This document shows, one piece after another, positions 8,901-17,962 of a stretch of 64,000 nucleotides of DNA. Source of the stretch: Spirochaetia bacterium. GTDB lineage: Bacteria; Spirochaetota; Spirochaetia; SZUA-6; Bin103. The notes beneath the pieces are model-generated. The model saw nothing but the letters and a program-made list of their open reading frames with translations, was not told the origin of the DNA and did no database searches. The stretch is taken from positions 2,080,001 through 2,144,000 of the forward strand of contig CBDAOI010000004.1 in NCBI GenBank assembly GCA_965198005.1, read 5' to 3'. Both the position numbers and the translations under genes were made by a program. The first letter of the stretch is position 1; each line of letters begins with the position of its first letter.

Positions 8901-10378
8901 CACTCGCGGTGCGCGAGCCGTTCGAGGTGCGGGGAACGGCCGTCGGCAGCATCAGCAAGGGCCAGGTAGACGCGCAGATCAATCTTTCCCACGCGGATAC
9001 GACCATGTTGAACGGCCCGATCGAGGGTGACGCCCTGGAGTTTCGGGGCGGGGTCGCGAGCGGCAACGTCAGAGTGGTGGGCCCGCTCAACGATCCCGAC
9101 ATGTGGGGCACGATCCAGGTCGCCGGCGGCAGCGTGACCTTGCCGTTCACGCCGGATCCGGTGCGGACGATCGAGTCGCGCCTGCGGGTGGCGGAGAAAC
9201 TGCTGACCCTGGAGAGCGTCAGCGCGGACACGCGGCTGCAAGGGACCGCGCAGCTCGAACGCTGGGTGCCGCGCAGCTTCATCCTGGAGCTGGAAACGAT
9301 CACCGACCGCGGCATCCGGCTCGAATCCCAGTTCGGGCCGCTCCGCTTCGACGGCTACGCCACGGGAGCGCTCACGGTGACCGTGGACGCCGCGGGCGTG
9401 GGGCTGGAGGGCACGGTGCAGGCGCACAGCGCCGAGATCTTCGTGCCCGAGGTTGCGGGGAATGGAGACCCCGGAGGGCTGCGGCACGTGAAGCTGGCGG
9501 TCTCCACCGGCCGGCACGTGGAGTTCACCTGGCCGTCGCCGCGGATCCCGATTCTCCGGGTCCCGCTGAAACCGGGCGAGCGGATCGCCATCGAGTACGA
9601 TGGCGCCAGCGGAGACTTCATGGTCGACGGCGACGTCGAGGTGCGCGGCGGCGAGCTGTTCTACTTCAACCGTCAGTTTCTCCTGCGCGAGGGCACGATC
9701 GGATTCACCGGCGACCAGATCCGGTTCGATCCACGCGTGCAGGTGCGCGCGGAAACGCGGGAACGGGACGCCGACGGGCAGGACCTGCGGATCATCCTGG
9801 AGGCCGACACCACTCTGAACAACCTCAGCCCGGACACGGTGCGACTCTCCACCGACCCGCCCCGCAGCCGGGTGGCGATCGAGTCCCTGGTGCGGGGTGG
9901 GACGGCGGGCGAGGACGGCCCCGGCGCGGATGCCACGACCGCCGGGTCCGCCGCCGGCTACTCGGGCGATCTGGTTGCCCAGGTTACCCTGCTGCGGCCG
10001 GTGGAGCGGGCGCTCCGCGAGCTGCTGGGCGTAGACTTCGTCAGCATCCGGTCGCCGTTCGTCCAGAACCTGGTGGTCGACCGGCTGCTGGCCCCCGCAG
10101 GTACGACTGCCGCACCCGGCGGCGCCGATCTACTTGACAACACCTCGCTCTCTCTTGGAAAGTACTTCGGGAGCGACCTGTTCCTGAAAATGCTGCTACG
10201 TCTGGAGACACCCGAGTTAGATGTGGTCGACGCCGCCCCGATTCAACCCGACCTCGAGTTGAGCCTGGAATGGGAAACACCGTTCTTCCTCATCGAGTGG
10301 TCGTTTCTGCCGCAGAACGCAGAGGCGCTGTTTGTCACGGACAACTGGATTTCCGTCCGTTGGAGGGTAAACTATTGA
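5966..10378 (+). CDS. tamB: Translocation/assembly module TamB (DUF490/AsmA-like), 1470 aa
   Basis: N-terminal TM anchor, long Gly/hydrophobic beta-rich body, C-terminal FDPRVQVRAETRERD region. Immediately upstream of bamA. Confidence 0.8.
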   Translation: MNNGNRRGRPWRRRRWRPSVVELALVALLLAGLGAGARTLGAFIEESMAQLRDDTMAMLNARIGRQITYGRISPSLLRAFEIRDLTIFSANRPDEPLLSINRIRIRYSLTRLILARDPVAALREIQLLNSDFTVNLNRDQELREFLGQLSYPVRATPGAAEPADGAVDLSGANLGLVIEQDGYRLIVEQLFFRARAGDRVRITARGRLSARLPASAAIGPLLGGQLDAQVQVDGHVANDLSAAELSVRLDDLATPAVSVSAQELRFTLRDEVVQVASAEQGGALELALTHDPGTGRTELRYSCVALPVADLVTLHAPPAVLEPLLAAVVTGSGRVWTAPDSTGGVRYEADLQGRIPRGANSPPGTVAVRVHSEPDGVIVDRLVVDTERGGIRFTGDLLHDRFLPDGTLELRALDLGLPHRLDARMTITRDGERLLLHSDYVAIGATTVPELTVELRPATAESLAYHYRLAARVAQPAANAITARGLLNLAGGLTLSLASTVEGLSADHAYRLLTPESNRVPWLARVLPRLTLGAEIDATTDFRTMLLRRASVHLGDAEQPDHTVTFGLTSTERGLLIDRMTADWRGIALRGGARLTAAGNGVWELDTDGLTVNGESYELHGRLHPAGVNLTGSHELRVTATVDADGLRVRGAATRLPLPLPRPAHAAAPRVTLEFEGQVADDDWSLRSDRMVVTGIPLQILADARLELGFEANPQELRLTGITYRDSMTELQGTGSFRFSDGLGSLAGSGALALSGARENYNLALTMTGDGVDLTVQGSGLPLARLGELPVDGTLGGRARITGSLQQPRVSAELDLENGRLNADPVRLNARVELVEQVLTVHDLNAELYSHRLRGGTGAIDLNRGTLAFGADYRAHHFGDSVAARLVLRSDDFMLSLPESLADTPRLALADVVHAVLQAESLSVNGEPVPSWTVQFRLEQVVAGREPSGAAAAAGSRLRFNGGPGGAFSGHLQTDGGFALAVREPFEVRGTAVGSISKGQVDAQINLSHADTTMLNGPIEGDALEFRGGVASGNVRVVGPLNDPDMWGTIQVAGGSVTLPFTPDPVRTIESRLRVAEKLLTLESVSADTRLQGTAQLERWVPRSFILELETITDRGIRLESQFGPLRFDGYATGALTVTVDAAGVGLEGTVQAHSAEIFVPEVAGNGDPGGLRHVKLAVSTGRHVEFTWPSPRIPILRVPLKPGERIAIEYDGASGDFMVDGDVEVRGGELFYFNRQFLLREGTIGFTGDQIRFDPRVQVRAETRERDADGQDLRIILEADTTLNNLSPDTVRLSTDPPRSRVAIESLVRGGTAGEDGPGADATTAGSAAGYSGDLVAQVTLLRPVERALRELLGVDFVSIRSPFVQNLVVDRLLAPAGTTAAPGGADLLDNTSLSLGKYFGSDLFLKMLLRLETPELDVVDAAPIQPDLELSLEWETPFFLIEWSFLPQNAEALFVTDNWISVRWRVNY

Positions 10379-10394
10379 CCGGAGGGACCGCATC

Positions 10395-12953
10395 GTGTTG
10401 AAGCGGTGGCTGGCCGCAGTACTGGTCCTGGGGGCGGGAATGGCCGTTCCCGCCACGTTGATTGCCCAGGAGGCCGACTCCGGAGACGGGGAGTGGTACC
10501 TGGGCAAGCCGATTGCCGAGGTCCGGTTCTCCGGGCTCCGTCACGTCCCCGAGAGCGAACTGACGCCGATCGTCAGCCCGTACCTCGAGCAGCCGTTCAC
10601 GCTCGACCTGTTCTGGGAGCTGCAGGGCAAGCTGTACGCCACCGATCAGTTCGATGGTCTCGAGTCGAATGCGGTAGCGGCCGATGCCGCCCGCTCGGCC
10701 GTGATCGTGGAGTTCATCGTCCAGGAGCGCCCGCTGGTGGCGGAGATCCTGGTGACCGGCAATCAACGGGTCCGTACCGGCGACATCCTGGCCGAAGTGC
10801 TGATCCAGCGCGGCGACCCGTTCGACACCACCGCGTTGGCGACCGACGAGGCCAACGTGCGCGCCCTGTACCTTGGCCGCGGATACCCCGACGTGGTGGT
10901 GAGCACCGACATCGATCGGGATGAGGCCGGGGGCGAGGTTGCGGTGACCTTCGAGGTTGCCGAGGGCGTGCTGGTCACGGTTGAAGACCTCGAGTTCGTC
11001 GGCAACGAGTTCGCGTCCGACGGCACTCTGCGCCGCCGCATGCGCACCAAGCCACGCTCCCTGTTCTCGTCAGGCGCGTTTCGCGAGAGCGCCCTCCAGG
11101 ACGATCAGCAGCTGATCGAGCACTACTACGCGTCCAACGGGTTCGTCGACGCCAAGGTGGAGCGGATCGAACGTGAGCTGCGTGCCGATGACCGGGAGGA
11201 CCGGCGTTCGATGATCCTCACCGTGTACGTCAACGAGGGGCGCCAGTACCTGTACGGCGGGATGACCTTCGCCGGCAATGAGCTGTTCACCACCGAAGAG
11301 CTCCTGGAGCTGGTCCGCCACCGGCCCGACACCGTCGTCAACCGCGAGACCGTCGACGCCGACTTTCTCCGGATCCAGGATCTCTACTTCGAGAACGGCT
11401 ACATCTTCAACCTGATCGAGCTGGAGGAGCGGCGCGACGAGGTCACCGCGACCATCTCGTTTCACGTCACCATCGTCGAGCAGGACCGCGCGCACATCGA
11501 GAACATCATTCTCTCCGGCAACGAGAAGACCCGCGACTCGGTCTTGCTGCGGGAGCTGCCGTTCGAGGTCGGCGACGTGTTCAACAAGGCGCAGATCGTG
11601 CAGGGACTGCGCAATCTCTACAACACCCAGTTCTTCTCGGTGGTCGAACCGGAGACCCCTCCGGGCCGCGTGCCGGGATTGATGGACGTCGTCATCAACG
11701 TCGAAGAACAGAGCACGGCCGACATCAACTTCGGCATTTCGTTCGGCGGCGCGGACTTCCCGCTGTCGGGGAGCGTCCGCTGGAACGAACGCAACTTCCT
11801 CGGCGGCGGCCAGGCGCTCGGCGCAGGGCTGGAAGTCTCTCCGGTCAAGCAGACGGTGACTCTGAGCTTCACCGAGCCGTGGCTGCTGGGCCTGCGCTGG
11901 TCGGGCGGCGTCGAGCTGGGGGTGGAGCGGATCCGGGTGCGCAACGTGCCGCAGGACGTGCTGCCGCCGGTTTTTCCCGACGATGCGCTCAACCCGGTGC
12001 CCGACCCGTATCGCACCGAGGCGGAGTATCAGGCCGCGGGCAACGTGCTCGATGAGCGCTACGCGATGGAGTACAACGAGTGGGCGATCAGCCTGGGAGT
12101 CTCTACGTCGTACCGCAATTTTCCCCCGCCGTTCGAGTTCCTGGGGATCGGCGGCGGCCTCGCCACGTCGCTCGAGTTCCTCACCTACGATGCCGAGAAA
12201 TTCCGTCCGTTCAACCAATTGCTGCGCGAGGAGCGGCTCCGCTGGGTGCTCGTGAACCGGTTGCGGGCCAGAGTGTCGTGGGATCAGCGTGACATCTTCT
12301 ACAACCCGACCGAGGGGTTTTTGCTGTCGCAGTCCGCTACCTTCACCGGCGGGTTTCTGTTCGGCAACCGGCACTACGTCCGCCTCGACAGCCGGGCCGA
12401 GGCGTTCGTCACGCTGTTGCAGCTACCCGTGTTCGCCAACTGGGATCTCAAGCTGGTGCTGGCCGCGCACTCGGGGTTCTCCGTCATCCTGCCCCAGATC
12501 TGGGTCCCCGAGGGGCGCCACGCGCTTGAAATCGACTCGACCGACCTGCTGATTATCGACGGCTCGCGCATCGGCCGCGGCTGGCGGCTCGCTCGAACCG
12601 GCCGCGCCCGTTGGAACAACCAGGTGGAGCTGCGGGTCCCGATTGCGGAGCAGATCCTGTGGGCCGTGCTGTTCCTTGACGGCACCGTGCTGTGGACCCC
12701 CACGGACATTCCGGGCAAGCCGGGCAAGCTGTCGCAGGAGATCGCCGCGACCAGTCTCGACGACTTCTACTTCAGCTACGGCCTCGGAATCCGCTTTTCG
12801 ATTCCGCAGTTTCCGATCCGGATCTACCTCGCCTCGCGCTTCCGATTCGATGACGCCGGAAGAATCGTACGCCCGGAGCGCCACGAGGGGGACCTCGAGA
12901 TTTTCGGCCTTCCGACGCAATTCGTAATCACGCTCGGCGGCGATGTCTTTTGA
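10395..12953 (+). CDS. bamA: Outer membrane protein assembly factor BamA
   Basis: Signal peptide, five POTRA-like repeats (..F.GN/GL..), ERNFLGGGQ, SFTEPWL, GRGW variant of the L6 motif, terminal Phe. Confidence 0.93.
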   Translation: MLKRWLAAVLVLGAGMAVPATLIAQEADSGDGEWYLGKPIAEVRFSGLRHVPESELTPIVSPYLEQPFTLDLFWELQGKLYATDQFDGLESNAVAADAARSAVIVEFIVQERPLVAEILVTGNQRVRTGDILAEVLIQRGDPFDTTALATDEANVRALYLGRGYPDVVVSTDIDRDEAGGEVAVTFEVAEGVLVTVEDLEFVGNEFASDGTLRRRMRTKPRSLFSSGAFRESALQDDQQLIEHYYASNGFVDAKVERIERELRADDREDRRSMILTVYVNEGRQYLYGGMTFAGNELFTTEELLELVRHRPDTVVNRETVDADFLRIQDLYFENGYIFNLIELEERRDEVTATISFHVTIVEQDRAHIENIILSGNEKTRDSVLLRELPFEVGDVFNKAQIVQGLRNLYNTQFFSVVEPETPPGRVPGLMDVVINVEEQSTADINFGISFGGADFPLSGSVRWNERNFLGGGQALGAGLEVSPVKQTVTLSFTEPWLLGLRWSGGVELGVERIRVRNVPQDVLPPVFPDDALNPVPDPYRTEAEYQAAGNVLDERYAMEYNEWAISLGVSTSYRNFPPPFEFLGIGGGLATSLEFLTYDAEKFRPFNQLLREERLRWVLVNRLRARVSWDQRDIFYNPTEGFLLSQSATFTGGFLFGNRHYVRLDSRAEAFVTLLQLPVFANWDLKLVLAAHSGFSVILPQIWVPEGRHALEIDSTDLLIIDGSRIGRGWRLARTGRARWNNQVELRVPIAEQILWAVLFLDGTVLWTPTDIPGKPGKLSQEIAATSLDDFYFSYGLGIRFSIPQFPIRIYLASRFRFDDAGRIVRPERHEGDLEIFGLPTQFVITLGGDVF

Positions 12954-13501
12954 GACTGTCGGCCCACGCGCACGCGCCGCGCCGGTTGCTCGTACTCGCG
13001 CTGGCGGTGCTCGGCAGCGGCGCGCTGGCCGCTGAACGGATCACCAATATCGGAATCCTCGACCTGCGGCGGGTCACCACCTCATACTTCCGTGAATCCC
13101 GGGCGGTGCGTGACCTGGAGGAGATGCGCGCCCAGGTCGACGCCAAGCGGGCGCGGTTGGAAGCGGAGATCTACGACCTGGAGGCGCGCCGGCTACAGGC
13201 CAGGACCGACGGCGATCGGCAGGACGTGCTGGCGCTGGACCAGCGGCTGTTCGAACAGCGGCAGTACCTGCGCGACTATATAACCGTGAAGAACCAGCAG
13301 CTCGCGCAGCAGCAGGAGCGGCTGGCCGAGTCGGACAGTTTTCTCGACGATCTTGCGGCTGCCATTGCCTTCGTCGCCGAAAGCGAGGGGCTGTCGCTGG
13401 TGATGGACCGCAACAACAATGGGGTCCTGTTTTTCGTCCCCGAGATCGACGTCACCGATCTGGTGATAGCCGAGCTCGGACGCAGGTCCGGGAGGAACTG
13501 A
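12950..13501 (+). CDS. skp: OmpH/Skp periplasmic chaperone
   Basis: Signal peptide, IGILD, coiled coil, AESEGLSLVMD...DVTDLVI. Follows bamA. Confidence 0.85.
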   Translation: MRLSAHAHAPRRLLVLALAVLGSGALAAERITNIGILDLRRVTTSYFRESRAVRDLEEMRAQVDAKRARLEAEIYDLEARRLQARTDGDRQDVLALDQRLFEQRQYLRDYITVKNQQLAQQQERLAESDSFLDDLAAAIAFVAESEGLSLVMDRNNNGVLFFVPEIDVTDLVIAELGRRSGRN

Positions 13502-13508
13502 GCACACC

Positions 13509-13940
13509 ATGCCGCGGGTATTGGGTCTCGACGTGGGCACGCAGCGCGTGGGAGTGGCACTGAGCGACGCCGGCGCGACCATCGCGACTCCATTCGCGAC
13601 ACTTCCCAATCGGGGCGTGCGCGGACTCGTCAGTGAACTCCTGAGGCTGTGCCGCACGCGCCAAGTGGAGCTGGTAGTTGTCGGCCTTCCCCTGCAGGCG
13701 GACGGCGCGGCCGGCCCGGCGGCGCGCCTCCCGCAGCGAGTCGCCGCGGCATTGGACGCCGCCGGCCTCGCGACCCGGCTATGGGACGAACGCGATACCA
13801 GTGCCGCCGCGAGACGGGTGCTCAGAGGCAGCGTCTCCGCCCGTGCGGCCCGCGCCCGCGGACTGGTGGACCGGGTGGCCGCCGCGCTGATCCTGCAGTC
13901 GTACCTGGAGCGGGCGCCCGTCACCCCGACCACCGCTTAG
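13509..13940 (+). CDS. ruvX: YqgF/RuvX family nuclease (pre-16S rRNA maturation)
   Basis: LGLDVGTQRVGVALSD, VVVGLP, WDERDTS, VDRVAAALILQSYL. Confidence 0.92.
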   Translation: MPRVLGLDVGTQRVGVALSDAGATIATPFATLPNRGVRGLVSELLRLCRTRQVELVVVGLPLQADGAAGPAARLPQRVAAALDAAGLATRLWDERDTSAAARRVLRGSVSARAARARGLVDRVAAALILQSYLERAPVTPTTA

Positions 13941-13965
13941 CTGTAGCTGACCGTAGCCCGTACGC

Positions 13966-16644
13966 ATGGCGCCAACCGCTACTACTCCAATGATGGCGCA
14001 GTACCAGGAACTGAAGCGCCGCCATCGGGACGCCATTCTGCTGTTTCGCCTGGGAGACTTCTACGAAATGTTCGATGCCGACGCCAGGGAGGCGTCGGAC
14101 CTGCTGGAGATCGCACTCACCCAGCGCAACGGCGTGCCGATGTGCGGCGTGCCGCATCACGCCGCGCGCTCCTACATTGCGCGCCTGTTGAAGGCGGGCC
14201 GCAGCGTGGCGGTGTGCGAGCAGACCGAGCCGCCCGCCGCCGGACGCGGGTTGGCACGGCGCGAGGTGGTGGAGGTGGTCACCCCGGGCACCGTGCTGGA
14301 CGAGGAGTTGCTGGACGGACGCAGCAACAACTTCCTGGTAGCCGTCGGCACCGTCGCCGGCGGTGCGAACGCGGCCGCGCGCCGGGTAGCGGTGGCAGCG
14401 CTTGACCTGTCCACCGCCGATTTTCGCGCCACGGCATTTCCGATGTCCGAAGCGGCATCCCGGCTGGCCGATGAACTTGCGCGCCTGGCACCGCGTGAGC
14501 TGCTCGCGCAGGAGTCCTTGCTGGCGGAGTCGCCGGAGATCGCCCGCACGGTCCGCCAGCACGTGGCGTCGTCCACCGTCATCCACCGGTATCCCGACTG
14601 GCACTTCGACCCGGCCGGCGGGCACGAGCTCCTGTGCGACCTGTTTCAGGTTGCGAACCTCAAGGCGTTCGGGCTGGAGCGGGGCGCCGCCGAGCTGGCC
14701 GCGCTCGGGCTGGTCGTGACCTTCGCCCAGCAGACCGCAAAGACTGCGCTGTCTCACCTGCGCACGGTGACGGTATACGGCGCCGACTCGTTCATGACCC
14801 TGGACGAGACCGCGCAGCGCAGTCTCGAGCTGGTGCGCAACCTGGAGGATGGTTCCCGCGAGCGCACCCTGTTGGCGGTGCTCGATCATACCCGCACGGC
14901 AATGGGAGCCCGCCTGCTGCGCTCGTCCCTGCTCGAGCCGCTGTGTGACCGCCCGGCCATCGAGACCCGCTTGAACGCGGTGGAACATCTGTTCCGGCGC
15001 CAGCACACGTTGGCTACGGTCCGGGACGAGTTGCGCAGGGTGGCCGACCTGGAGCGTCTCGCCGGGCGGCTGGCGCTGGGTCGCGCCCACCCGCGCGACC
15101 TGCGCGCCATGGCCGCGAGCATCCGCGCCGCCCAACAGCTCGCCGAGATCCTGGGGCGCGCGGACCCGCCGGATCCGGGCAAGCCGGCGCCGGAGCCGTG
15201 CGCGGAGGTGTTCGGCGCCACGATCGGCCGGGCGGCCGCCACGGTAGACGAAGTCGCCCGCCTGACGGAAGAAGCGCTGGTGGACGAACCACCGTTGTCA
15301 ATTACCGAGGGGGGATTGATGCGACCGGGCTTCGACCGTCAGATCGATCGGCTGCGCACCGTGACCGCGGACGGCGAGAACCTGCTCCAGGCGTACGCCG
15401 ACGAAGAGCGGGAAGCTACCGGCATCGGCCTCAAGCTGGGGCATAACCGGGTGTTGGGCTGGTACTTCGAGGTTACCGCGGCGCAGGCGCCGCGCGTGCC
15501 GGACTACTTCGTGCGCCGGCAGGGGCTGGTCGGATGCGAGCGGTTCGCGACCGCCCGGCTCGCCCAACTCGACCGCGAGATCGCCACCGCGGGTGAGCAG
15601 CAGCGCGAACTCGAGCGCAACGCGTTTCTGCGCCTGCGGGAACGGGTCGCCGCCTTCGTGCCCGGCGTGTTGGCGCTGGCCCGGGAGCTGGCCGCGCTCG
15701 ATCTGGCCCAGAGTCTGGCACTGGCCGCAACCGTGGGGGGCTACACGCGGCCGCGGCTGCGACCACCGGGGAGCGGCATCGCCATCCGGGAAGGACGCCA
15801 CCCGGTGGTGGAGGCGATGGTGCCGGCCGGCGCATTCGTGCCCAACGACCTGAGGCTCGCGCCGGACGGTACCCGGTTCGTGGTGCTGACCGGCCCCAAC
15901 ATGGCCGGCAAGTCCACCTACCTCAGACAGGGTGCCCTGATCGTGCTGATGGCACAGGTCGGGTCGTTCGTCCCCGCCGCCGAGGCCGAGATCGGCATGG
16001 TCGACGGCATCTACTGCCGGATCGGAGCGAGCGACAACCTGGCGCGCGGCGAGTCCACGTTCCTGGTGGAGATGAACGAGACGGCGCGCATTCTGCGGGC
16101 AGCCAGTGCCAGTAGTCTGGTGATTCTCGACGAGATCGGACGCGGTACCAGCACCGAGGACGGACGCGCGATCGCTTGGGCGGTGTGTGAGCACCTGCTG
16201 GACGTGGTAGGTGCGCAGACCCTGTTTGCCACCCACCTGCGAGAGCTGACCCAGCTCACCCACCCGCGTGCCGCCAACTGGACCATGCAGGTGGTCGAGC
16301 GGGACCACGAGGTGGTGTTTCTGAAGCGGGTCGGCCCCGGCTCGGCCGATCAGTCCTACGGCGTCCACGTGGCGGCTCTCGCCGGCGTGCCGCCGGCGGT
16401 GGTGCAGCGGGCGCGCGCGTTGCTCCACGAGATGGGGGCAGCCCAATCGGCGCCGGCGGCGCCGGCGGCGCCACCACCGGAGCGGCAGGCACCGGCAGCC
16501 TACGCGCAGCCGGATCTGTTTTCTCCCCACGAGCTGATCGGCCGGGCGGTCGCCGCGGTCGACGTGGAGTCCACCACGCCGCTCGAAGCGCTGGACCTGC
16601 TGGTCCGCTGGCAGCACGATTTGCGGCACACTACCGAGCCATGA
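13966..16644 (+). CDS. mutS: DNA mismatch repair protein MutS
   Basis: TPMMAQY, LFRLGDFYEMF, PMCGVP, TGPNMAGKSTY, GESTFLVEM, DEIGRGTST, SYGVHVA. Confidence 0.97.
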   Translation: MAPTATTPMMAQYQELKRRHRDAILLFRLGDFYEMFDADAREASDLLEIALTQRNGVPMCGVPHHAARSYIARLLKAGRSVAVCEQTEPPAAGRGLARREVVEVVTPGTVLDEELLDGRSNNFLVAVGTVAGGANAAARRVAVAALDLSTADFRATAFPMSEAASRLADELARLAPRELLAQESLLAESPEIARTVRQHVASSTVIHRYPDWHFDPAGGHELLCDLFQVANLKAFGLERGAAELAALGLVVTFAQQTAKTALSHLRTVTVYGADSFMTLDETAQRSLELVRNLEDGSRERTLLAVLDHTRTAMGARLLRSSLLEPLCDRPAIETRLNAVEHLFRRQHTLATVRDELRRVADLERLAGRLALGRAHPRDLRAMAASIRAAQQLAEILGRADPPDPGKPAPEPCAEVFGATIGRAAATVDEVARLTEEALVDEPPLSITEGGLMRPGFDRQIDRLRTVTADGENLLQAYADEEREATGIGLKLGHNRVLGWYFEVTAAQAPRVPDYFVRRQGLVGCERFATARLAQLDREIATAGEQQRELERNAFLRLRERVAAFVPGVLALARELAALDLAQSLALAATVGGYTRPRLRPPGSGIAIREGRHPVVEAMVPAGAFVPNDLRLAPDGTRFVVLTGPNMAGKSTYLRQGALIVLMAQVGSFVPAAEAEIGMVDGIYCRIGASDNLARGESTFLVEMNETARILRAASASSLVILDEIGRGTSTEDGRAIAWAVCEHLLDVVGAQTLFATHLRELTQLTHPRAANWTMQVVERDHEVVFLKRVGPGSADQSYGVHVAALAGVPPAVVQRARALLHEMGAAQSAPAAPAAPPPERQAPAAYAQPDLFSPHELIGRAVAAVDVESTTPLEALDLLVRWQHDLRHTTEP

Positions 16645-17366
16645 CGCCCCGCCGCGGCGCCCGACGGTTCGGTGCGGTGGCGCTCGACCTGCTGTTTCCT
16701 CAGCCGTGCGTGTGCTGTGGGCGCGAGCTGGCGCCGGGCACGGGGCGTGTTCCCCTGTGCGAATCCTGTCACCGCGCGCTCCGCCGGCAGCAGCGCACGC
16801 CGGCGGAGCGCTGCGGCACGTGCGGCACGCTCCTCATTCCCGAACAGGAAAGTCCGTGCCACTCCTGCCGCGCCACGGCCCCGGCGTTCCGTTCGCACGA
16901 ATCGCTGTTCGACTACGGCGGCGTGGTGGAGGAAGTGCTGCACGCGTTCAAGTTTCGGGGGTATAGCGGGTTGGCCTGGTTGCTGGCGGACTTGATCGCG
17001 CCCTGCGTCGTGGCGCGCTACGGGGACGCGACCGTGGTGCCGGTGCCCGCACGCCCGCAACGGATCCGCCGCTACGGTTACGACACGGTCGACCAGATCA
17101 CCCGGGCACTCCGGACCCGCTACCGCCTGCCGGTGCGGCGGCTGCTGCGGCGCACCGGCGGCCGCCAGCAGAAGAGCCTCGACCAGGAGGCGCGCCGGCG
17201 CAATGTTCACGGCCGCTTCCGCCTGCGGCTGCCGCCGCCTGCCGACCGGCCGCTGCTGGTGATCGACGACGTGTACACCACGGGCGCTACCGTCGGCGAG
17301 TGTGCCTCGGTGCTGCGGGCATCCGGTGCAACTTCGGTCTACGCCCTCACCGTGACGCAGGACTGA
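16641..17366 (+). CDS. comF: ComF family double zinc-ribbon / phosphoribosyltransferase protein
   Basis: DLLFP + CxxC repeats; PRTase motif VIDDVYTTGAT. Confidence 0.88.
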   Translation: MTPRRGARRFGAVALDLLFPQPCVCCGRELAPGTGRVPLCESCHRALRRQQRTPAERCGTCGTLLIPEQESPCHSCRATAPAFRSHESLFDYGGVVEEVLHAFKFRGYSGLAWLLADLIAPCVVARYGDATVVPVPARPQRIRRYGYDTVDQITRALRTRYRLPVRRLLRRTGGRQQKSLDQEARRRNVHGRFRLRLPPPADRPLLVIDDVYTTGATVGECASVLRASGATSVYALTVTQD

Positions 17367-17372
17367 TCTCGG

Positions 17373-17402
17373 TTGACAAACCAGGCAGAGGAGGCGTAGC
17401 TT
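17373..17402 (+). promoter_or_regulatory. Sigma70-type promoter of the rimP-nusA-infB operon
   Basis: TTGACA (17373-17378), 18-bp spacer, TAGCTT (17397-17402). Confidence 0.65.
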
Positions 17403-17445
17403 ATCGGTGAACTCTGACCGTAGCCTGTGCGATGTCCGAGGGGAG

Positions 17446-17474
17446 AAGAGTCGTCCGCCGGCTCTTTTTTTATT
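17446..17474 (+). terminator. rimP-leader intrinsic terminator/attenuator
   Basis: Stem AAGAGTCG / CGGCTCTT (one G-U pair), loop TCCGC, then a T7 run (17465-17471), ending 12 nt before the rimP ATG. Confidence 0.75.
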
Positions 17475-17483
17475 GTGGGACCG

Positions 17484-17957
17484 ATGGTGCGACAGCAACC
17501 GAGCGCGGTCGGCGCCGTAGAGGATCTCGGCGCGGCACTGGAGCCGTTGATCCGCGCGGAGGGGTTTCGATGCGTGGAGGTTCAGCTCCACGGCAACCGC
17601 CACACGCGCCGGATCAGAACCGTCGTCTACCGTCGGAGCGGGATGGACGCGGCGGCTCTGGAACGACTCGCGCGCGCGATCCGGTTCCATCTGTCGCTCG
17701 GTACGGAACTGGGAGATGCGGCAATCGAGGTGAGCTCGCCGGGCATCGATCGCGTCCTCAAGGCGCCGCACGAGTATGCGATCTTTACCGGCAAGGCGGT
17801 CCGCGTGCTGCGCGCGGACGCGACCGAGTGGGAGCATGCAGTGATCGATGCGGGCAACGGCGACGTGGTGACCTTGCGCTTCGGGGATGCGATCGAGGCG
17901 CTGCCGGTCGCCATGATCCGGCGGGCGCAGCTCACCGGGACCGAACGAGGGGAGTAG
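17484..17957 (+). CDS. rimP: Ribosome maturation factor RimP
   Basis: IEVSSPGIDRVL..EY..F.G motif; first gene before nusA. Start re-picked at ATG 17484. Confidence 0.88.
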   Translation: MVRQQPSAVGAVEDLGAALEPLIRAEGFRCVEVQLHGNRHTRRIRTVVYRRSGMDAAALERLARAIRFHLSLGTELGDAAIEVSSPGIDRVLKAPHEYAIFTGKAVRVLRADATEWEHAVIDAGNGDVVTLRFGDAIEALPVAMIRRAQLTGTERGE

Positions 17958-17962
17958 CAGCT

